From: an uncultured bacterium
GTDB taxonomy: Bacteria > Krumholzibacteriota > Krumholzibacteriia > LZORAL124-64-63
Direction: 5' to 3'
NCBI GenBank assembly: GCA_963727525.1
Contig: CAVSGO010000006.1
Location: forward strand, 96,001 to 160,000
Length of the DNA: 64,000 nucleotides
The position numbers and the translations under genes were made by a program. Shown in pieces: positions 29,443 through 36,823 of this stretch (its first letter is position 1; every line of letters begins with the position of its first letter). The notes under the pieces are model-generated. The model did not search any database, was not told the DNA's origin, and saw only the letters and a list, made by a program, of their open reading frames with translations.

Positions 29443-31629
29443 ATGAGATTCGCGATACTCGCTCTCGTCCTCGGCCTCGTGGCGGCGCCCGCCACGGCGG
29501 TGGATTTCAGCTTCCAGTGGGCCCAGCCGCTGCCGGCGTCCAATCCCATCCGCGGCTGCAGCTTCGGTGACGCGCAACATGGGCTCACCGTGGGCGACTC
29601 CGGCACCATCCTGCGCACCAGCGATGGTGGCGACACGTGGAACCTCGTGCCCGACTCCTGGAACGTATTGCCGGATCTCCACGACGTGCTCATGCTCGAC
29701 GGCGCCACGGCCGTCGCCGTGGGTGCGGGCGATCGGCTCTACCGTAGCGCGGATGGCGGCCGTACCTGGACGCCCGTGGGCGCGCCCGGCAGTGCGGAGC
29801 TTATCCACATCGCGCGCGCCGGCGCCACGGCGATCGTGGCCGTGGGCGACCAGGGCGAGGTGCTGCGTTCCGCGGACGCCGGGCTCACCTGGACCCTGCT
29901 CCCGTTTCCCGGCAGCGATCGTCTCACCCGGCAGCACTGGTTCGACGCCTCGCGCGGCCTCGTGATGTCGGGCGATGGGCTCAACTTCGGCACCATCATC
30001 GCGCAGACCGATGATGGCGGTCAGACCTGGTCGACCGTCCCCGGCATCGATCCGACGTTTCTGATCAACATCGCGGTACTCGACGACACCACGGGTTTCC
30101 TGGTGAGCTTCGGTCAGACCTACCGCACTGACGATGGAGGGACCACCTGGGCCGATGTGGGCCAGTTCTTTCCGCTTTACAGCGACAACGTCGTGTTTCT
30201 CGACGCGCAGAACTGGCTCGTGGGCGCCAACGGTGAGGGCGCCGAGATCCACCGCACCGTCGATGGGGGAGCCTCGTTCTCGTTCGTCTACGATCGACTC
30301 GCGAACGTTGGCGTCACGCGGCTGCTGCAGATTCCCGGCGGCCGCATCGTCGCCACGATGAGCAGCGGCACGATCGCCACCAGCGACGACGACGGCCTCA
30401 CCTGGACGCACCGCCTCGACGATCTCGCCGACGGCTGGGCGCCGGCCTTCACGGCCCTCGGCCTGTCGCCCAGCGGCCGCGCCTTCGCCGCCAGCGACTA
30501 CCCGGATGGCCCCGACGCCGTGACCACCTGGTACGAGAGCACTGATCACGGCGAGTCGTGGCACTCCGGCACGGCCGCGCCCCCGTACCTGAACTACTCC
30601 GACATCGCCTTCGTGGACGAGCAGCGCGTATACGCCACGGGCTACGGCGTGCTGCTCTTCAACGACGTGGCACTCAGCGTCGACGGCGGCGCCTCCTGGA
30701 CCATGCACTCCCTCGGTACCGGCGACCGCCCATACGACCTGGCCATCACCAGCCCGCTGCGCGCGTACGTCACCTCGGTGCAGAACAACGCGCACGGCCG
30801 CGTGTACCGCACGGACGACGGCGGCGAGTCGTGGCAACTCGCCAGTGGCAACCTGCCCGACAGCTACCCGCTGCGCGCCATCGCCTTCGTCGACGACGAC
30901 CACGGCTTCGTGTTCGCCGACGCCGTACCCGGCCTGCTGTACACGACGACTGACGCAGGCGCGAGCTGGCAGCCGGTGGCCGCGGCCGGCATCGGCAACC
31001 ATCCCCGCGACCTCTGGTTCGCCGACGTCCAGCACGGTCTGGTGCGGTGCTTCGAAGGTATCTTCCGCACCGAGGACGGCGGGTTCAGCTGGGAACCCGT
31101 CGTGTCCGGGAGTCCGGTCGATCACTTCGAGATGACGTCTTCCGGGCGCGGCGGGGTACTCCACTTCGCCACCGGCGTCGTGAGCTGGACGGATGACGGC
31201 GGTGCCACCTGGCAGGATGTGTCGGTACCCTGGCACGGCGGATACACGCTCGCCCTCGACGCCACCGGCTTCGTACTCGCCGGGGTCAACGCCGGCATCG
31301 TGCGCGCCTACCGCAACGACGCCACGCCCGTGATCGAGCCGACGCCACGCATCGCGGCCCTCGTGCTGCAGGCGTCGCCCAACCCCTTCAACCCGCAGGT
31401 GGCCCTGCGACTCGATCTGCCGCGCGGTGGTCGGACGCAGGTGGCCGTCCTCGACGCGCGCGGCCGCCTCGTGCGCATGCTCGCCGTTGCTGACCTGCCC
31501 GCCGGTCCGCATACGTGGACCTGGGACGGATCTGACGACACCGGCCGTGCCTTGCCCTCGGGCGTGTATCTGGCGCGCGCCATGACCGACGCGGGCGCGG
31601 CGTCGCGAAAGCTGATGCTCGTACGCTGA
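29443..31629 (+). CDS. YCF48/BNR (Asp-box) beta-propeller secreted protein with FlgD-like CTD, paralog 2
   Basis: GGAGG RBS, ATG 29443; colinear with paralog 1 (FQWAQP.P, QIPGGR.VAT, SDDDGLTWT). Confidence 0.9.
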   Translation: MRFAILALVLGLVAAPATAVDFSFQWAQPLPASNPIRGCSFGDAQHGLTVGDSGTILRTSDGGDTWNLVPDSWNVLPDLHDVLMLDGATAVAVGAGDRLYRSADGGRTWTPVGAPGSAELIHIARAGATAIVAVGDQGEVLRSADAGLTWTLLPFPGSDRLTRQHWFDASRGLVMSGDGLNFGTIIAQTDDGGQTWSTVPGIDPTFLINIAVLDDTTGFLVSFGQTYRTDDGGTTWADVGQFFPLYSDNVVFLDAQNWLVGANGEGAEIHRTVDGGASFSFVYDRLANVGVTRLLQIPGGRIVATMSSGTIATSDDDGLTWTHRLDDLADGWAPAFTALGLSPSGRAFAASDYPDGPDAVTTWYESTDHGESWHSGTAAPPYLNYSDIAFVDEQRVYATGYGVLLFNDVALSVDGGASWTMHSLGTGDRPYDLAITSPLRAYVTSVQNNAHGRVYRTDDGGESWQLASGNLPDSYPLRAIAFVDDDHGFVFADAVPGLLYTTTDAGASWQPVAAAGIGNHPRDLWFADVQHGLVRCFEGIFRTEDGGFSWEPVVSGSPVDHFEMTSSGRGGVLHFATGVVSWTDDGGATWQDVSVPWHGGYTLALDATGFVLAGVNAGIVRAYRNDATPVIEPTPRIAALVLQASPNPFNPQVALRLDLPRGGRTQVAVLDARGRLVRMLAVADLPAGPHTWTWDGSDDTGRALPSGVYLARAMTDAGAASRKLMLVR

Positions 31630-31722
31630 CAGCCCACGTCGTTGGCAACAAAGCCGCTGGATGCCGCCGTAGGCAGCGCCCCGAGGCCAGGGAGTTAATT
31701 TGTGGCTTCGAAAGGAGACGCC

Positions 31723-32490
31723 ATGACCAATCGTCGATTCGCCGCGTTCGCCGCGGCTCTCGTATTCTCCAGCATTCTCGCGGCGGCACCATCCCAGGCC
31801 GTCCAGGTCTGGTCCGGCCGCACCTATACATTCACAAAAGCCGCCAGCGCCGACTGGACGCTGCCGGAGAACCAGGACCGCATCACCAGTTCGGTGTGGA
31901 TCACGCGGGCCGGTACCCAGGGCATCTTCAACATCGCGGTGGAGTCGTCGTACGGGTCGCTCAGCCCGGCCGATACCGAGTGGGCCACCGGCGATGCCGC
32001 CGACTGGCAGAGTCTGACGTTCACGCCCTGGGTGACATGGGCCGGATCGAATCCTCCCGGCACGGTGGGTCTCGACGCGGTGGTGCACCTGATCAGCGAC
32101 GACATCTACATCGATATCCGCTTCGATAGCTGGGGCATAGGCGGCGATGGCGGGGGCAGCTTCAGCTACGCGCGCGGCGAAAGCGCCGTGCCAGTGCCCG
32201 ACGCCGTGCCGTCGCCGGAGATGACCCTCGCGGCCACGCCCAATCCGTTCAACCCGCGCGTCACGCTGTCCCTGGACCTGCCGCGTGCCGGCCGCGCCCA
32301 GCTCGCGATCCTCGACGCCCAGGGGCGGGCGATTCGTTCCTTCGCCGCCACCGAACTCGGGGCCGGCGCCCACACCTGGGTCTGGGATGGCGCCGACGAC
32401 GCCGGCCGTGCCATGCCCGCCGGCGTGTACTTCGCCCAGGCGACGGGCGATGCGGGTGTGGTGTCGCAGAAATTGACTCTTGTGAAGTAA
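31723..32490 (+). CDS. Secreted protein of unknown function with FlgD-like CTD
   Basis: AAGGAG RBS; signal peptide; TFTK...DWTLPENQDRIT..VWITR, SPADTEWA; TPNPFNP...QKLTLVK. Confidence 0.88.
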   Translation: MTNRRFAAFAAALVFSSILAAAPSQAVQVWSGRTYTFTKAASADWTLPENQDRITSSVWITRAGTQGIFNIAVESSYGSLSPADTEWATGDAADWQSLTFTPWVTWAGSNPPGTVGLDAVVHLISDDIYIDIRFDSWGIGGDGGGSFSYARGESAVPVPDAVPSPEMTLAATPNPFNPRVTLSLDLPRAGRAQLAILDAQGRAIRSFAATELGAGAHTWVWDGADDAGRAMPAGVYFAQATGDAGVVSQKLTLVK

Positions 32491-32491
32491 C

Positions 32492-33714
32492 GTGCCACGA
32501 AGAATGTTGACGGGTCCAGCGCTTGCCTGGACCCGTCCTCATGAACATCAAAACACTCACTTCATGCCCCTCGCTTCCTCCCCACTGCCCCAACCCTAAC
32601 TGCAAATACCACAAGCCTCAGCCGCAACCCTGGCCCTTCGCGCTCTTCGGCACGTTCTCCCGAAAGTCACCACCCTACACCGTCCAACGCTACCTCTGCC
32701 TGGCCTGCGGCAGGACCTGCTCAGACCAGACCTTCCGCACCACATACTGGCTCAAACGCGCCGATCTCCTGCCCAAGGTCCACAAGCACGCCGTCTCAGG
32801 CGCCGCCAATCGCCAGATCGCCAGGCTCCTCGACACCTCGCCGACGACCGTCGACAACCTCCTCGCCCGCCTCGGCCGACACTGCATCCTCTTCCATCGA
32901 CACCTGGTGTCCCAGGCGTCACCCTTCGTGGACATCGCCATCGACGGGCTCGTCACCTTCGAGCACTCCCAGTATTTCCCCTACGAGATCGTCGCGGCCG
33001 TCGATCGCCGCTCCAGCTTCATCATCCACTTCGCCGAGGCCGAGCGGCGACGCAGCGGGGCGATGACCGACGAGCAGAAATGGAAACGGTCCCTCTTTGA
33101 ACAAAACTATGGCCGGCCGGACCCCAGGTCGTTGATGCGGGCGCTGCTCGAGGTGCTCTCGGTCTCGCTGGACGGCGCCACCGAGGCCCACATCTGGAGC
33201 GACAAGCACAAGACCTATCCCTACGCGATCGCGAAGCTACGGTATTGCAAGGTGATCCACGAGACGATCGACTCCCGTGAGCCGCGGACGAGTCGCAACC
33301 CGTTGTTCGAGGTCAACTTGCTGGACATGTTGCTGCGGCATTGTCTGAAAGACCACACGCGGGAGACGATCGCGTTCGGGAAGCGACGGCAGCATTCGAT
33401 CTACCGGCTGGCGATCTTCCTGGTGTGGCGCAACACGATCAAGTTGCGTCGGGAGAAGCGGTGCTGGAGCACGCCGGCGATGCAGATCGGGATCGCCACG
33501 AAGCCCCTGACCGAGGAGGAGGTGTTGTCGCGGCGGCTGTTCGTGTCGCATATCGAGTTGCCGCCGTTGTGGGATGACTACTACTGGCGACGGGTCGAGA
33601 CGCGGCCATTGAAGGTGAACCGGAGGCACGTGCTGACGTACGCCGCGTAGTGAGAAAGTCGGGCCTAGCGGGCGAGATCTCGGTGCGAAGCCTCGTCAAC
33701 ATTCTTCTTGGCAC
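32492..33714 (+). mobile_element. IS1-like insertion sequence, copy 1 (1223 bp between IR tips)
   Basis: 21-bp terminal IRs with one mismatch: gtgccacgaagaatgttgacg / cgtcaacattcttcttggcac. Single transposase ORF. Near-identical copy at 61671-62893. Confidence 0.92.
32541..33650 (+). CDS. IS1-like transposase
   Basis: Zn ribbon CPNPNC...CLAC, HTH RQIARLL.TSPTTV, IAIDG..TF, IWSD...Y, RETIAFGK. Alternative TTG start at 32523. Confidence 0.85.
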   Translation: MNIKTLTSCPSLPPHCPNPNCKYHKPQPQPWPFALFGTFSRKSPPYTVQRYLCLACGRTCSDQTFRTTYWLKRADLLPKVHKHAVSGAANRQIARLLDTSPTTVDNLLARLGRHCILFHRHLVSQASPFVDIAIDGLVTFEHSQYFPYEIVAAVDRRSSFIIHFAEAERRRSGAMTDEQKWKRSLFEQNYGRPDPRSLMRALLEVLSVSLDGATEAHIWSDKHKTYPYAIAKLRYCKVIHETIDSREPRTSRNPLFEVNLLDMLLRHCLKDHTRETIAFGKRRQHSIYRLAIFLVWRNTIKLRREKRCWSTPAMQIGIATKPLTEEEVLSRRLFVSHIELPPLWDDYYWRRVETRPLKVNRRHVLTYAA

Positions 33715-33738
33715 AACTGACGTTTCGTGGGTGGAATG

Positions 33739-33777
33739 ACCAGAGCCCGCCTCCCGGACGGGAAGGCGGGCTCTGGT
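33739..33777. terminator. Hairpin between convergent genes
   Basis: accagagcccgcct / aggcgggctctggt 14-bp perfect stem. Confidence 0.65.
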
Positions 33778-33793
33778 TCGAGCGGTCTGGAGA

Positions 33794-34267
33794 TTACTGG
33801 AAGATTGCCTTGATCGAACCGAAGGTAAGATTCTCGACAGGGACGGCACAGAACGTCACCTGGCCGCGGATGGCGCCGCCAGGATACTCGGTGCTGTGCG
33901 CCTGGATGTAGATATTCCCATCCAGGAGGGCCTGCGCCTCGGCGGGTGTCACGTTCCACGTGCCCGTCTTGACCGGGCCCGAGGGCAGCGTGAAGACGAC
34001 CGGGCCATTGTCGCCCATGGCGGCCATGTGGAAGTGACAGGCCGTCTCGTCGGGAAGGTTCTGAATCTCGACGTAGAAGGTGACCTGCGTCTGCGCCGCG
34101 TTCAGGAACAGCGATCCGTGTCCGGTCGCCGGCGATGCCGTGGGCGGCACGACCTCAGAGCCGTCCATACCCGAGAGGAACGCCGACTCGGACGCGAATG
34201 CCGCGCCCGCCGTGGTGATCAACAAGGCAAAACTTGTGATGAGCAAAGCATTAATGATTTTTCGCAT
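33794..34267 (-). CDS. Secreted CHRD-domain protein with a short PVENLTFGSIKAIFQ tail
   Basis: AAAGGA RBS; signal peptide AFA; GSEVVPP..S.ATG.G, HFH.A..G.NGPVV, GNIYIQAHS..YPGGAIRGQV. Confidence 0.9.
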   Translation of the reverse strand: MRKIINALLITSFALLITTAGAAFASESAFLSGMDGSEVVPPTASPATGHGSLFLNAAQTQVTFYVEIQNLPDETACHFHMAAMGDNGPVVFTLPSGPVKTGTWNVTPAEAQALLDGNIYIQAHSTEYPGGAIRGQVTFCAVPVENLTFGSIKAIFQ

Positions 34268-34423
34268 GCGGTGAGTCCTTTCATTGAACACGTCGGCATG
34301 AATGCGGATTGTCGACATTGGCATGGGCGAGCCGACGTCACCGTCATGAATAAATCCAATCCGGTGGACTTGCTAGTTCATGTGCCCTGAAAATGGGGAT
34401 TCGTATGCGGTCATGTGGCATGA

Positions 34424-36400
34424 TCACGTGTCGGCGAGGAATATCTCGTCGTCGCCGCCGAGTATGCGTGAAAGTCCGAAGCCGGCGCCGCCAAACAGGA
34501 TGGTGCCCGCGGCGACCAGCACGAAGACGCCGCGCCAGGGCGTGCCGGCGAAGCGCACCGAGACGTTGCGCGCCGGGCCTCCGTCCACGGAGAGCGATGC
34601 GACACCAGCCTGGGCGGGGGTCCACGCCACCCGCCCGCCGGGGCCGACCGGTATGGTCTCGGTGCGCGCGATGCGGCTGCTGGGCCGGTAGGTGACGACG
34701 AGGGAATCGGCGCCGGGCAGTTCGAGCTTGACGGGCTGCCCCACGTGCAACGTCTCCTGGATCGGCGGCACCGGCATCTGCGCCGACGCGCGTGCGGGCG
34801 CGAGCCATGCGCATAGTCCGACCGCCGCGAGGGCCAGCACCTGCAGCGTCTTCCCGCCACCACTGCCGGATGGCGTCTTGCCGCGAGCCTGCGTGATCAG
34901 GGCTGCGACGAGCACGGTCCCGACCAGGCAGGCGATGGGGACGAACACTACGAGCCACTTCAATCCCGCGGGCGTGCTGCTGTCGCCGTACAGTTCGGGG
35001 CCGGTGAATTCGCCCACGAGGCTCCAGATCAGGATCGCGCCGAGCAGCGTGGGGGCGCCGAAGCGGATGACGTACTCGTACCAGCCACCGAGTGGGATCT
35101 TCGAGTACTGGTTGACGGCCGCACGCAGCTTGTCGGCGCCGAGCACCCAGGCCACGATCAGCGTCTCGAACAACCCGACTGTGATGAGCGCGTAGCTGAA
35201 CACCCAGTGGTCGACGAGATCGAGCAACGTGAGGCCGAGCGTGCCGTTGCCGTTCAACCCGGGATCCACGATGTGGGGCAGGACGAAGAACGCGCTGAGC
35301 GCCGCGCAAGGGATGACGATGACCGCCAGCGCCCGCTGGCGCGTGATGCCGAACTTGTCGATCACCGCGCTCACCATGCCCTCGATGAGCGAGACCGATG
35401 ACGTGAGGCCCGCCGTGGTGACAAGCAGGAAGAACAGGAACCCGAAGAAACGCACGCCCCACGGGAATGCCGCGATGCCCTGGGGCACGACGAAGAACGA
35501 AAGCGAGAGCGTGGTGCCGGCCGGATTCAGCGAGAACACGAAGAGCAGCGCGAAGATGGCGACGCCGGCGATGTACTCGAAGCCGCAATTGAGGAACGAG
35601 ATGGTGAGCGCATTGGCGACCTGGTCCGACTTTTTCGGCAGATAGGATGCGTAAGTCGTGAGCACCCCGAGTCCGAGGGAGAGCGAGAAGAACATCTGGG
35701 CGAAGGCGCCTCGCCAGACCTGCGCACTGAGGATGCCCTCGGGGGCGGGAGTGAAGAGGTAGAGCACGCCGTCCAGCCCGCCGTCGAGCGTGAGCCCGCG
35801 GACGATGAGGCCGATCATGAATATCCACATGAGGGGTACGAAGATGCGTACCATCGCCTCGATCGTGCGGGTGCCGCCACGCAGCGCATACGCATTGATC
35901 GCCCAGACCGTCGCCAGCGCGGCGAGCGGCCACCAGGTGGTGATGAGATGGAAGAAGTACGCGATCGCGCTGGGCGCGGCCGACGGCTGGCTGAAAGGCG
36001 CGAATGGAGCACTCACGCCCGGCCGGAACAGGCCGCCGAGCGAGCCGATCATCATCGCGAACGACCACCCGATGATCACCACGTAATACGCCGTGATGAT
36101 GAACTGCGCGGCCACCGTCCACCAGCCGAGAAGCTCTGCCCGCTTGCCGCCGACCTCGCGCAACGCGTTCGGGAACGACTTGCCCGTGATCGTGCCCAGG
36201 CCCAGTTCGAGAATCATCACGGGAATGCCCAGCGTGAATAGTGCCACGAAGTAGGGCAGATAGAACGCTCCGCCGCCATACTGGTAGGCGTTGGACGTGA
36301 AGAAGACGATGTTGCCGAGGCCGATCGCCGACCCGCTGGCCGCCAGGACGAACCCGATCTTCGAGTTCCAGGCGCCACGCTTGGCTTGAGTGTCGCTCAT
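34424..36400 (-). CDS. Sodium-dependent NSS/SNF family transporter with a fused C-terminal module
   Basis: WNSKIGFVLAASGSAIGLGN, GGGAFYLPY, AFAQMFFSLSLGLG...YASY, AGLTSSVSLIE; about 150 extra C-terminal residues. Confidence 0.92.
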   Translation of the reverse strand: MSDTQAKRGAWNSKIGFVLAASGSAIGLGNIVFFTSNAYQYGGGAFYLPYFVALFTLGIPVMILELGLGTITGKSFPNALREVGGKRAELLGWWTVAAQFIITAYYVVIIGWSFAMMIGSLGGLFRPGVSAPFAPFSQPSAAPSAIAYFFHLITTWWPLAALATVWAINAYALRGGTRTIEAMVRIFVPLMWIFMIGLIVRGLTLDGGLDGVLYLFTPAPEGILSAQVWRGAFAQMFFSLSLGLGVLTTYASYLPKKSDQVANALTISFLNCGFEYIAGVAIFALLFVFSLNPAGTTLSLSFFVVPQGIAAFPWGVRFFGFLFFLLVTTAGLTSSVSLIEGMVSAVIDKFGITRQRALAVIVIPCAALSAFFVLPHIVDPGLNGNGTLGLTLLDLVDHWVFSYALITVGLFETLIVAWVLGADKLRAAVNQYSKIPLGGWYEYVIRFGAPTLLGAILIWSLVGEFTGPELYGDSSTPAGLKWLVVFVPIACLVGTVLVAALITQARGKTPSGSGGGKTLQVLALAAVGLCAWLAPARASAQMPVPPIQETLHVGQPVKLELPGADSLVVTYRPSSRIARTETIPVGPGGRVAWTPAQAGVASLSVDGGPARNVSVRFAGTPWRGVFVLVAAGTILFGGAGFGLSRILGGDDEIFLADT

Positions 36401-36726
36401 CTCTTTCTCCGGACCGTGGCGCCGACCCGCTGGCCGGCGCGCGCACATGAGCCGCAAGGGGTGGAAAGACCGAAACCGAGGGGAAAGTCGGCGGGCTGTC
36501 CCTGGCCGCGGCAACCAGTGTCTCCACTGCAAAGCGCGAAGTCTATCATAGAATTGCTCCTGTTGCCGCCCCGGCCCCGGTGTGCGAGCGCGGTCCTGCT
36601 GTCCATGTCCTGGCATCCGAGGTGGCCCTGAAGTCGGGCGACCGCAGGTCGTTACGTGTGGCCGGCTATCTTCTTAACGTGTTGTGATACAGTCATATAT
36701 AAGGATAATCCCAATATCGTGACGGG

Positions 36727-36756
36727 TTGACTCCCGAAACAAGAGCATGCTAGTCT
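36727..36756 (+). promoter_or_regulatory. Putative sigma-70 promoter
   Basis: TTGACT-18 nt-TAGTCT with an extended TGn, in an AT-richer tract before the 36824 gene. Confidence 0.45.
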
Positions 36757-36823
36757 GATCTCTTCCCTGGCGGCGTGAATCCATGCTGCCACCCTCTGGC
36801 CCCCTCAACCCCTGAGGTGAATC

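Noticed and set aside
36401-36600. Amino-acid riboswitch upstream of the NSS transporter
   Set aside because: Glycine, lysine and SAM consensus elements were not found by eye; an Rfam/Infernal scan would settle it.
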